The notes: generated by a model from the letters alone, not told the origin. A DNA stretch of 64,000 nucleotides from Saccostrea echinata (GCF_033153115.1 NW_026889758.1:11408001-11472000); one strand, 5' to 3'; shown: positions 1 through 12,455, counted from the stretch's first letter. A program made the numbers and translations.

Positions 1-68
1 GACAACTGAAAACCAAGCATTAGGATGTGTTCAATATTAAAAAAGTTCAACAATAAAGTTAATTTTAC

Positions 69-700
69 CTCATGTTGCTCTATGTATAGCAGATGTTTGG
101 TAGATAACTTCAGGCTGGCTGAAGAAATCATCCACATAACGAACCACTCTCAATCTTTTGAAGAGTTCTCTCCAAGGCGTGACATTAAAGATGCACGATT
201 ACATGTCAAATTTGTCTATAAAAATAAATTTTTATAATTAAATTACTCAATTTAACAAACAGTATTATCACTCTTGGTATAAATACATGTTCTATAATCT
301 TTTGACGTTCTGTCCACCGCAGGCATTTGCAGATTCTTTGTAAAATCAATTGTAAAGATACAAAAATACCAAGGACACTCTTGATACATACATCAAATTT
401 ATGTATTGAACAAGGCCTAGCATTAAACAAAATACATCTTTATCCACTCAAACCTGACCTAGTATGACCTTTAATCACATGTTGAGGTTTCAGAGAGGTA
501 TCAAATTTATATCAAAAATGTTTTAATATACATGTATCAGTCTGTACGTTGCTTATCCGAAGCATTAAATCTCTATTTACCTGAAGTTGCTGGTGGGCAC
601 AGGAAGTGAATCATCATTTATCCATGAGCGCTATGTGGTTATAACTGATTGTCACCCTTTCATACAGTAATCTGTGAGAGTATGCAACATCAACAGAGCT
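69..700 (-). other. Candidate non-coding (5'UTR/lncRNA) exons of a minus-strand transcript: 700-581 and 215-69
   Basis: Both blocks have a polypyrimidine+AG acceptor (tttctgttgcag; tttttatag) and a GT donor (CAG|gtaaat; GAG|gtaaaa) on the minus strand. No frame is open across either block. Confidence 0.25.
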
Positions 701-3700
701 CTGCAACAGAAATCATATTTGGAACTTTCAATGGCTAAATAAATTCCAGTGACAAAACCAATATTTGCAACATAAGCTTAATAATTAAAAATGTTAAGTC
801 AACTCCAGAAGGCCTGCAACATGCTACTTCAGCTAAATACAGTAAATCAACCAAAACTTTGCTTTCTTGTGATTCTCAATTTATTATTATAACTTGATGA
901 ACATTATTGGCCACACGCAAAATAATGTTCTTCTGTTATCACAGAAATAATGACACAAATAATATAAAACTGTGTCCTAATGACACATAAAAAATTATGA
1001 TCTGCAGGTGCTTCATTATTATCAAGCCTCAATATTGTTAAATGAATCATTCATCTATTGTAATTTTCAGGAGGATTACAAAGACAGAACATCTTCCAAA
1101 TATTTAAAATAATCACTGTGCTAATTCTTATTCCCCCACCCCACAAAAGAAAAAAACTCACACATAGAACAACTACTGTCACTTACTGCATGTCAAAAAC
1201 ATAACGACTATCATTAGTACGCCAGAATTTGTAGCAAAGTATAATTACAGATAGAGAAAACTGCAGCCTACACTTCAATTTTGATGAGAGCCTTTTGGCG
1301 GATTCCTGTCAAAAGTGATTATTAATCTGGATTATCTGCCTTAAAATGATGGGTAATCTGAGTTTAATCATGATAAGTACTTCCCGACCATATCACCTCT
1401 AGCTTCGTAAGATGAAGTTTTTCAATAGGATCCAACATCCTGAAAAGATGCACATTATTTTTCCTTAGCCTATCTTTGACAATTCTGAAAATAGGATATC
1501 CTCTTTTTACTTGCTCAAAATATCATGCATAATCAACAACTAATGTTTATGTCACTTAGTTCATTCATAACTGCTTTATGGACGTACATGCATATGTATA
1601 TCTTTGAAATTCTTGATTAACTATATCAATAAATGACAGGCATCATAAATAAGTATTAATTCCCTTCCTGAAAGATAATCTTTGATGTTTACAGTCTAAA
1701 CATCACAAAATTATGGTGCCCATTTAAAGCTGCTCTTAGCAGGACTTTCATTATAAATATGGCTATAAATCAGTGTATATACCAGTACTTATATACAACT
1801 TTATTTATACAAATAACTGCAGAATTAGTACTTAATTGCCGCGATTGTTCAACCTGAATTGATTTGGTTATTCCCTGTGGGTTTCTGTCGGGTATGTGTG
1901 GGTGTGTGGAGGCAATTACAATCTGCACTGTGCTGCAGAATAACTGGTCTATGCAAGTTGTAAAACTAACTTCAGGCAAGTCAAGCCTGTGTACTAGACA
2001 CACCATGAGAATTTATGACAAAGACAGAATTAAAGGTCTGACATATCACTCAATTCCATTTTATAAGACCATTAAATGAAAAAAACAAAGTAAAGTCAGC
2101 TCAGTCTCTTCACTCTCTCTGTCACTAACTGTTCATTTAAAAGCCAACTTCTTATTTCTATGCATCCATCAAAACCATAAAAACCAAGCTGCAGAAAAAT
2201 ATTGCCATTGTTTACCATTCTATTTCTCCCTCCTGGCTTTGTGTCTCCCATTTTTCACACAACTAGCTAGCAAAAACAGGTGAATACAGAATTTTTATTA
2301 AATTATCTACGAATATTTTATGGTTTGATCGTTGTCTACCGTCTTCAATGAACTTTACGACCTTCTTATTAAAATATATATTTGCATAAAAACTATTCCT
2401 AGTTTTTATCATGTGTAAAATTTTAACTTGGGGGGTGGGGGGGGGGGGGGGGGGCTAGGAATAACAACATTTGTAAATGTAAAGACATTTAAATCCTAAA
2501 CAGTGCAAGCATGCCCCATTCCAGCATGTATACTATCTTTCCAAAGTTCAATGATATATAGCCATTGTTGAAGGGTATACAGTTTTGATGTCTTTTTAGA
2601 AGAAAAGAGCACTCCAAGTCCTCTGTCATAACTGTATCATTGTTCATCCTTACATGTCTATATGATACTGAGTCAGCCAGCCATATTTACCCCAGAAGTG
2701 CACTCCATGAGAGAATAATTAAATGTAAAGGTTTAAAATATGTAAAATGTAAATAATAAAATGTAAAGGTTTAAATGTAATTGTTAATCACTTACATACT
2801 TAAATATCTCTCCAATTTATCAAAATTTAAGTTAAACAAATTTAAGTTATTTAAATTTAAGTTATTTTATCAAAATTTAAGTTAAAGTACTTTTTATTCT
2901 AAATGTTTGCTTTTATCTTCTAATTACTAGTATATGTATTACAAAATATATCATAAAAACAGTTTCTTGATCTATTTACTTTTGACTCAAACTTAGTACA
3001 AATTATATAAATTCACAGTAAATAATTTCATTAAATGGTGAAAACAATAAAAAAAGAAATATTTTAAATATGCTATAAAATGTAGACCTGACATTGCTCA
3101 TGGTTTTTAATACACTCTATGCACAGCCAGAATATCTGTACTGTTCTGAAGCACAGCTGCACTGTACATCTTCCAAGCAATTAACCTAAGCATAAAACAG
3201 AGAAATAAAAAACAAACTGTCACTGTAAAAAAAATGTTAATACAACTCCCACAGCTTGAAATAAAAGACAAATTATAATCATAAAAGTGAATTGTCTCAA
3301 AGATAGGTTTGAGTGACAAAATTGTGAAAGAAAGTAGGAGAGATGGTTTATGGTGCACTTATATACATGTACTATTAAACAAAAATTGTGAATTTGAAAT
3401 TACAGATGTCAGATCCTTTTTGGTAATATAGGACATACAATTAATCTATCATGCATATTTGGATTTAAATGAGAAACTAAAAAACTATGCACTATTGACT
3501 AAGAATATGATAAATACTCAAATTATACATGTCTCAAACTATTATTAAAACTAACAAAACATGATGAGAAAGACTTAAACCACTTGAGATGCACATAATT
3601 CCTAAATACCTGCCAGTATCAGAAAAAAAGTATCAAGGTTTTAGCATGGGATGATTGACAGTGGATTTAATAAAGTATGTAATGCATCCTGTATGAAACT

Positions 3701-4948
3701 GACAAAGGAGAGAACTTAAAACCGGACAATCTGGAATGTTCTTTTCAGACAGGTGGAATTTCTCTGCTTAGCCAACCAAGAGAAATCCCAAGACTCTAAT
3801 TATAATTAATGATGCAAACAGCTGAATGATTGGAATATATACACCTTTTTCTATTATTCTATTTAGAAAAAAAAAATAAATAAATAAGGCACCTGCATGT
3901 ACCTTTCAAGTGAATACCTGTGAATCAAGTTAGATGTCAAAAATAGACATTTATAATAAAAGAAAACATTTCTGTGAGACATTTGTTTCTGTGCTGTTTT
4001 ATGGGGGGCCCTCCATCATTACCCCCACACATAGTGAGACTGGGTTAAATCTAACAGATCACCTGTTAATGTTTGATCTACCAGCTCTTAAATTTCACCT
4101 TGTACAGGTGCAAAACACATATCTTAATTATAGACAGATAATTAAATCAGAATGCACTAGAGAGTGTCACAAAAAATAATGATGATCAATTAATTAACAT
4201 TACCTGCTAATGAATAAAAGTTTATAGTTGGCAGTCCAGGAAAAAAAAATTATGTTCACACAGAAATTCACACAATCAGAGAGAAATTCAGCCACAGACA
4301 ACTGTAAATTTAATGATGAGAAAAAGCTGTTATGTTACGTTTAAATATTCCCTTAAACCGACATGAATGAGTAGGCGTTGGAAATCAATAGGCAGACTCT
4401 AGTTAAATGAGTTGTTTTATAACCACTTGGTAAACCTTCACTATCTTGTCAAGGCTACTTAAATTTCACACTTTTTCACAGCAAGACCAGTGGCCGCAGG
4501 CTAAGAAAGCTTAAATCTGATCCAGCATTAACCTTTAGGGGAGAGACACTTTTTAAGAGTAACTAGTTCACTGTAGGGTATGCTTATTCATGTGTGCAAT
4601 ATACAGTGTGACACATGATATACTGATCCCTTGTTTAATCTGATGAGCCATTTGACTTAAAGAATAAATATGATTGAAACTAAAAACTGTGGTCACACCT
4701 TGCAAAAGAAGTATCATTCATTATAGATAAGAATCCACAGGAGTAAGTTTGGTAAATGACTTAAGAATATTATATCCCAGTAAGTGCATTATCCCAAGGA
4801 AATTATAAGTATTCTTATTGATGTCCTCCATGCACAATTGGTCATTGTAAAACTGGTACTTAGGAATGGAGCTAAATCTTTTTCATTCATCCAGAAATGA
4901 TGGAAAACTTGCACCAATTGTTTGGTAATATGCATTCCCAAATGCAAC

Positions 4949-5240
4949 TGTAATGGTTTGGGTCGTGGATATCGGCCTGGGTAGCTCAGTGACAGTTGAC
5001 TAGTGATGCAGGGGTCCTAGGTTCAATTCCCAGTCCAGCCATACATTTTCTCCTTTCCTGTTATAGATTTGGTGCTATTGACCACCCCTGGACTTGCAGG
5101 TGAGAGAATAAGAACTTGGGTTGTGTCTTCGAGGAGGAAGACAATTAAAGGAGAGAGGAATGTAATGGTAATAGTGATGCAGGGGTCCCAGGTTCCATTC
5201 GCAGTCCATGCAGCCATACATTTTCTCCTTTCCTGTTCCA
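4949..5240 (+). mobile_element. TRIM (miniature LTR retrotransposon) with tRNA-derived LTRs, Helenus-like
   Basis: LTR1 4949-5065 (TGTAATGG...TGTTATA), PBS-like tggtgctattgacc 5070-5083, polypurine tract (PPT) aaaggagagaggaa 5147-5160, LTR2 5161-5240 (TGTAATGG...TGTTCCA). 4-bp TSD CAAC at 4945-4948 and 5241-5244. Pol III A/B-box relics (gtagctcagtg, ggttcaattcc) lie in the LTR. Confidence 0.85.
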
Positions 5241-5434
5241 CAACATTTATTACCTGATGTTTAACATAGGTGGCGACTGCTCCTTTGTCATTACAAGTGA
5301 AAGTCACTGGCCATTTGGTCCTGTGTCAGAGTAGGCGCTGGCACAATAAAAGCCCCTCTGTTACAGCCTAAACTGCCATGCGTTGGTCAAAATTTGTAGA
5401 ATTCACCTAAAGATTGGGATGATATCTCCAAATG

Positions 5435-7241
5435 TACGGAAGCCCATTAGTGCCAAACTGTATATATAAAGGAAAAGCAATATATAAAAGTAAACCTCGA
5501 TATATAAAGGAAATGCGAAATATATAAACAAAAGCTCGATATATATAAAGGAAATGCGAAATATATAAACAAAACCTCGATATATATATAAAGGAAATGC
5601 GAAATATATAAACAGAACCTCGATATATATAAAGGAAAAGCGAAATATATAAACAGAACCTCGATATATATTAAGAGAAATGCGATATATATAAAGAGAA
5701 AATTTTTCACTGCGTGACCTGTGTCGCTCAGCTGTCCATCAAGATTATATACAGATTAACTCCTGGCAGGGGAAAATCAGTTTTACAGTACTCTTGTATT
5801 ACTTTGCCAGAATCACCAGAATGGTGCTATTTAATAGTGTTTGTTTATTTATACATGTATATATTGATGAACTGTAATTGTAGCATTACTTAATATAATG
5901 CATTTAATTGAGTAGATGAGCATTTAATTATGTATTCATGAAATAAGTATGTTTATCGTATTTTCTGTGTATTTATTGGCTTTACATGTATTTTTATCAA
6001 CTTCCTTTTTACAACTACTGTACCTTGTTTACTGTTTTACAAAAAATTAGCCCTATATTACCTTAAGTTTGGTTTCACAACCGAGAATTTATGAAAATAA
6101 TGTTAAACATGGACTCTTAACAAGTTAAGTTTTTTAAATACCCTAATTCAAATTAATTTAAATCTATTAAAAAAATAATATACTTAGTCTTGTATATCCC
6201 CATTGGTTTCAAAGAAAGTGGCTCCCATCAGCAACGTACCTCAAATCACTTGACCTGATGGGAGCAACTTTCTTTGAAACAAATACTGGCACATTCTTAG
6301 TAAAGATAAAAACTGCATTTCTCTGAATTGCCTATTGTGTCATATAAACGCAAAAAAAATTTGGGTGATATGATCACCTCCTCACTAATTAAATAATCTG
6401 TATAACAGATGTGCAAATAGGCTCCTGATGATGGCGGATTTGCAGCTAAGTACATAAACTGTAAGAAATTAAAAATCATAAACCTCGTATCACACCGCCG
6501 AAACACTAAATTAGTGTCGAGTCAAGTGATTTAAGGTACGTGGCTAATGGGAGCCACTTTCTTTGAAACTAATTTCAGTATTAACAACCAAAGAAAGCAT
6601 TTTATTGTTTAAATAATGATACCACAGACATGCATTTTGCACTGAATTATATTTCAATTGAAAATACCCCAAATTTTTATTGCCATGAAATGAACATATC
6701 GAGCAAAAAAGTTTTGATTTTATTCTGCCCCATTTGAAATGTAAGAATAAAGCAGTCTTATTTATAAACTTTAAGCTAATTTAAATCATCATATTAAGAC
6801 ACATAAAGAAATGCAATACACTGAAAACCATCCTGAAACTGAGCCATATCTACCGTTTTCACTCAAACACTAGCTCAGGGAGCCGTTTATCAGATGATGG
6901 CGAATCCCTGGTGTAACGAAGGTCAGGCGAAGGAAATTTTTCTTTATATATATTGCATTACCCTTTATATATACCGATGTTTGTTTATATATTTCGCATT
7001 TCTCTTTTTATATATCGAGGTTCTGTTTATATATTTTGCATTTCCTTTATATATATCGAGGTTTTGTTTATATATTTCGCATTTCCTTTATATATATCGA
7101 GGTTTTGTTTATATATTTCGCATTTCCTTTACATATATCGAGGTTTGTTTATATATATCGCATTTCCTTTGTATATTGAGGTTTGCTTTCATATATTGCG
7201 TTTCCTTTATATATACAAGTTGGCACTAATGGGCTTCCGTA
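5435..7241. mobile_element. Non-autonomous foldback DNA transposon, IS3EU-like (TAY...RTA termini, 6-bp TSD)
   Basis: Terminal inverted repeats (TIRs) tacggaagcccattagtgcca / tggcactaatgggcttccgta extend ~270 bp and are built from ~38-bp subrepeats (aaacctcgatatatataaaggaaatgcgaaatatataaac). TSD CAAATG at 5429-5434 and 7242-7247. Confidence 0.85.
6202..6573. mobile_element. MITE-like inverted repeat nested in the foldback element
   Basis: ~50-bp arms gtttcaaagaaagtggctcccatcagcaacgtacctcaaatcacttgac (6205-6254) and gtcaagtgatttaaggtacgtggctaatgggagccactttctttgaaac (6521-6569), plus a partial extra arm at 6256-6280. Confidence 0.6.
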
Positions 7242-7744
7242 CAAATGAGTGAAAAATCCTTCAAACAACATGAACAAACAAACAAAACTGTTTTAACTCA
7301 GAACACAACTGATATCACCCCAAAAATTTATTTAAATTATGAAGTATATTGGTATACCAATCCTGATTCAAGCCATATATGGCATATTTTTTGTTAAGTT
7401 CAGATAACCAAAATTAAAAAGATCTTTCTATTTGTTTTATTACTTTATATAAAGATAGGACTTTTCTGTAAATTACACAATTTAAATCTATCGCATTTCA
7501 AAGATATCAAAAATTTAAAACAACAACCGATTTATTTGCAGACTCCACTTTTAAATAACAAATTTAAACTCAGTTTAACCATAGAAACATGAGATTATTC
7601 AAGTTCAAAATCAGTGAAAATTTGAATGTAAATAACATATATATCATGTACATCTACACTTAATCTCAAATTAATATTTTTTAGCTCAGATAAGCCATAT
7701 ATAGCTTTAATTTAATGCATTTTTGAAAATTTCAGCTTGAGTAG

Positions 7745-8080
7745 TAATATACAATTATTGCTGTTTTTTGATGTCAATACGATGATTTAGACACCTGAAG
7801 AGTACAATATTCACCGAGCCCGAAGGGCGAGGTGAATATTGTACTTTGAAGGTGTCTAAATCATCGTATTAACATAAAAAAATAACAGCAATAACTGTTT
7901 TATTATATGATTATCTATTTTTGGTCCAATGTAGAATAAATAATTCCCTATATTGACCTGGAAATAATTCCTTATATTGACCTGGAAGGTCACATGCAGG
8001 TCAATATAACATATTATTTTTTCTAACATTGTTGGATCTCAGCCAATCAGAGAGATGGGAATTGTTCAATCATATAATAA
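7745..8080. mobile_element. Hairpin-bearing non-autonomous element, probably Crypton-related
   Basis: ~140-bp palindrome 7755-7894 centred on gcccgaagggc; distal end ccaatcag...catataataa. Same layout as the Crypton relic at 23560-26525. Confidence 0.55.
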
Positions 8081-9004
8081 ATGTGTATTATACAGTTTGA
8101 AGGAACAATGTCATGAGGTCATAAACACGATGCATGAATATGCTCACTTAAGTCTTTGGTTCAGGTGGGTTTAAAACACTTATTAAATGCAATCCTTTTT
8201 ACCAAAATTAAAGAAGAAATAATATTTTTTTTTTTTTACTTTACACCGGGAGAGGCTTTTTTTCTGAGTATTGAAATGCACTTATTTGGTAGATTGGTTC
8301 CTTATTAAGCTTTGAGAGAATTTTAGCCCCTCCTTTTATTCTTCTATCAGATAGGTATAACAAACCAAAAAGCTGATCCCATCCTTACTTTAATCACAGA
8401 GCTGAACTTTTATGTCCTTGGATGTATTGCTATTTCCTTCACCCTTTGGTCTTCTCCTCTTACCAATTTCAGCTGATCTTCTACCAGGGGATTCATTGGC
8501 AATCTTTCCTTAGATTTGTCACAGGAGAGGAAACTTTAATTAATTCTAATTATTATCCATTGAACACATTACAAGTACAAGGTTCTCATTAGCAACACAA
8601 GCCACAAGGAAGAGAAGGATTTCTATACACATCTTCTCAATGGCTCTAAGACATTCTGCCAAGTTCTTTTGTTGCTGATTCTGGTATTTTATTTTTAATA
8701 CATGTACTGCATTCACAGACACGCTTGACCATCTTCTGGTCTTAAGAGAATTGGAGAAAGCTCAATCTCTGTGCAAAAATCAATAGGATCTCTTGTCCTC
8801 GGAAATTAAAATCTGCACTTGATTGCTTCATACATTTCTCCATATTCTAGCTTCTTCAAATGCCTTTAAAAAAATGCAAGAAAAGGCTTTTCTATGATTA
8901 AAATGAGATAATAGGATCAGAAAACTAACACCTTATGACTTCTCTAAGTGTGCAGTTAGCAAAGGATGATTTACTGGGAATAACTCTAGATACTATTACT
9001 TTTC

Positions 9005-9102
9005 AGGTTTGTTAGTGACTGTCTACAGAAATATATCAGGTTGACTATCTCATACACATTGATCAATCCGATATATTTCTGTAGACGATCACTTACAAAC
9101 CT
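9005..9102. repeat. ~100-bp imperfect palindrome
   Basis: aggtttgttagtgactgtctacagaaatatatc ... gatatatttctgtagacgatcacttacaaacct. Confidence 0.7.
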
Positions 9103-10839
9103 AATCATAAGTGTTGTGTTTTGACATTAGGACCAATAACAGTGTACAATTGAAAAGGAGTGCTACAAATTCAAAATCTACATAAATTCAATTGCAGCAT
9201 TGACAAATACTTAATGATGTGAATGAGTAACCTTTCTTTTAAAAGTGAAAACTAATGCTAGCATATTTTGTTTTCTCTAAACATGGATAATATAACATCA
9301 TTTTGTCTGCCACATTCATGATATTGCCATTTATATTTTGTTACTAGCCATCTACAGAAATATAGACAGCAGGCATGTGACAGTCGTTATCCAATGAAAG
9401 GGAGTCATTTTAGTTCATTTAGGCACAGCAAACTGAGGGACTAATAAACCGGGATTATAATTCTGAAGTTACTGTCTTAAAAACACTTTTAGGAACTGAT
9501 AACCAGGAAAAATTTTGAAAAAAAATTGCCATAAACCAGGAATAATTCTCAAGACAGATCAAAAGTATATACACAGAGACTGATAATCCCAGGGAAAGTT
9601 CTGAATACACCATCCTAAGTTCAGAAATGGGCACTGAAAAACCAAAAATTATTCTGAATTCACCATTCAAAAAACACATACATGTACATGGACTGATTAA
9701 CCAGAAATAACTCTGAATTACACAGTCCAAAGTACACATACATAGACTGATAAACCTGGATATTATCAACACACACAAAGGAACACAATTAGTGACAGTT
9801 GGCATCTTGAATACAAAGAAGATGGATTGACACTCATAGTTTACCAAAAAAGCTATGAGGGTTCTTAAAGTAAAAATTATGAGTATGGTGTAATGTTTAC
9901 GAGTGCCCATCAGGTACATTTGCATTAATCAAATAAAGGGTCAGGATACACAAAATAGGCTCACTAATTAGATAGAATGAAGAGTGTTGTGGTACAAACA
10001 CTGAAAACTAAAAAAGCTACACTTTAAATTGTATGAGTTTGGGGAATTTATTAAATCTTTTGTACCCTAGGGCTTTTTCACCTTTTCTTCCCTATTTAGT
10101 ATTCTTATATCACATGTTCATCAACTGTATTTCATCTGAAATCCTGTCTCATGAGGAAGATAAATTTTATAATTTATATCCAACAATTAAACAATGAATT
10201 TTCTGTATTGGACATCTTTGGGCCATTTTGTCTGTTTTCCCTTTCCTGACCCTGACTGACTATAAGTGACCAGACTCAAGAATTTGTTTAAACCTCCAGG
10301 AAATATTATTGTTTTCCATCTTTTTAAAACTCATTCCAGATTTTTTTGATCCCATCAGCAACTGTTATAACTTTATTTATATTCACAAGTGATTGATCAA
10401 TAATGCTAATCTATACAAGCCCATATTTAAAAAAATCCCCAACCACATCTTTTTTATCCTGAATCAGGAGAGGGTAACGAAGCATTTTTTTTATTGATGG
10501 TCTTGCTATATTTTCTTTGGTTCTTCCTTTCTGCCCCTGCCATCTAGCTGTTAACTGTTTTTTGAAACATGGTGGCATGGACTGTAAGAAAATTATTTTA
10601 ATTCATATGGATACATTCTAAATTTATGTTACAGGAGATTTATTTGTAGACAAAAAAGCCTTGAGGTGCTAGGAGTTTTCACTGGTGTGGGGTAGGAAGT
10701 ATTAATGGACACTAGCTGTTGAAAAAGCCCTGGATTAAAGTAGGAAGCTTTGAGAAGGATTTTTAAAGATTTTTCCTAATACATGTATCTCAATGCAAAC
10801 ATTCACTCCATATTGCAGCCCTATCCAAACCCCATGAAT

Positions 10840-11210
10840 TGGCAGTCAGACAGGTTCCACCACTGGTGGCTAGATAGCTCAGTTGGTAGAGCACCTGACT
10901 GGAGATTCAGGGGACTCGAGTTCAAATCCTGGTCTGGTCCATCATATTTTCTCCTCTCCTGTTACATTTGGTGCTGTGACCATGCCCTGGAAGTGACAGG
11001 TGAAAGATCTGCCAGGGAAGAGCCTGGGTTGGTGTCTTTGGGGGCTGAAGACCTTTAAGGAGGACGGGTTTGATCGCCGGTAGCCAGATAGCTCAGTTGG
11101 TAGAGCACCTGACTGGAGAATTCAGGGGCCCAGGTTCGAATCTCATTCTGGTCCGTCACATTTTTCTCCTCTCCCATTACATTTGGTGCAAAGACCAGGA
11201 TTCAAACCTG
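10840..11210 (+). mobile_element. Second tRNA-LTR TRIM (Helenus-like) followed by a tRNA-His complement
   Basis: Two ~110-125-bp direct repeats with clear A box (tagctcagttggtagagc) and B box (ggttcgaatc), ending ...ctcctgttaca and ...cattaca. PBS tggtgctgtgacc 10969-10981; purine tract aaggagga near 11057; tggtgcaaagaccaggattcaaacctg at 11184-11210. Confidence 0.8.
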
Positions 11211-11309
11211 TAACCATGTTAGTCACCTTCTGGTGAATTTTGGTTTTTCCTGGAAAAAATAGTTGTTGAGAAGAGGAATTTTATATACATGTAACACTTC
11301 CCTTTTTCC

Positions 11310-12455
11310 AGTATATAACACCTTCCTATTTCCAGTTTATAACACCTTCCTATTTCCAGTGTATAACACCTTCCTATTTCCAGTAATGAGTTTATAACGC
11401 CTTCCTATTTCCAGTTTATAACACCTTCCTATTTCCAGTTTATAACACCTTCCTATTTCCAGTGTATAACACTTCCTATTTCCAGTACATAACACCTTCC
11501 TATTTCCAGTTTATAACACCTTCCTATTTCCAGTATAACACCTTCCTATTTCCAGTGTATAACACCTTCCTATTTCCAGCATAACACCTTCCTATTTCCA
11601 GTATATAACACCTTCCTATTTCCAGTGTATAACACCTTCCTATTTCCAGTAATGAGTTTATAACGCCTTCCTATTTCCAGTTTATAACACCTTCCTATTT
11701 CCAGTTTATAACACCTTCCTATTTCCAGTGTATAACACTTTCCGATTTCCAGTATATAACACCTTCCTATTTCCAGTTTATAACACCTTCCTATTTCCAG
11801 TATATAACACTTCCTATTTCCAGTACATAACACCTTCCTATTTCCAGTTTATAACACCTTCCTATTTCCAGTATAACACCTTCCTATTTCCAGTGTATAA
11901 CACCTTCCTATTTCCAGCATAACACCTTCCTATTTCCAGTATATAACACCTTCCTATTTCCAGTATATAACACTTTCCTATTTCCAGTTTATAACACCTT
12001 CCTATTTCCAGTATAACACCTTCCTATTTCCAGTATATAACACCTTCCTATTTCCAGTATATAACACTTTCCTATTTCCAGTTTATAACACCTTCCTATT
12101 TCCAGTATAACACCTTCCTATTTCCAGTATATAACACCTTCCTATTTCCAGTACATAACACCTTCCTATTTCCAGTTTATAACACCTTCCTATTTATAAC
12201 ACCTTCCTATTTCCAGTATAACACCTTCCTATTTCCAGTATATAACACCTTCCTATTTCCAGTGTATAACACCTTCCTATTTCCAGTACATAACACCTTC
12301 CTATTTCCAGTGTATAACACCTTCCTATTTCCAGTGTATAACACCTTCCTATTTCCAGTATATAACACCTTCCTATTTCCAGTACATAACACCTTCCTAT
12401 TACCAGTACATAACACCTTCCTATTTCCAGTATATAACACCTTCCAGTTTCCAGT
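11310..12455. repeat. Minisatellite, 22-24-bp unit (tataacaccttcctatttccagt), ~1.1 kb
   Basis: Direct reading of tandem units. Explains the spurious YTGNRKVL/YNTFLFPV ORFs. Confidence 0.95.

Larger units (their letters stand above)
5260..7290 (+). mobile_element. Mollusc SINE body/tail, split by the 5435-7241 insertion
   Basis: Removing the insertion rejoins ...gatatctccaaatg|agtgaaaaatcc...aacaaacaaacaaaa, which resembles (from memory) the 3' end of oyster SINEs with a simple-repeat tail. Confidence 0.5.

Noticed and set aside
70-195. RYVDD on the minus strand as a reverse-transcriptase motif
   Set aside because: The frame is ~40 codons with no other RT motifs; likely chance.
5447-7252. 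Hydrophobic repetitive ORFs (YISRFCLYISHF) as membrane proteins
   Set aside because: They are translations of the 38-bp subrepeats in the foldback arms.
9455-9925. 156-aa minus-strand ORF as a gene
   Set aside because: It overlaps degenerate aaccaggaataattctga-type repeats and has no recognisable domain or splice context.
10865-11160. Two functional tRNA genes
   Set aside because: No proper acceptor stem and 8-9-nt anticodon loops. They are embedded in LTR-like repeats with PBS and PPT.
11310-12455. CRISPR-like array
   Set aside because: Units are contiguous with no unique spacers, there are no cas genes, and the context is eukaryotic. The same applies to the 28-, 33- and 41-bp arrays.
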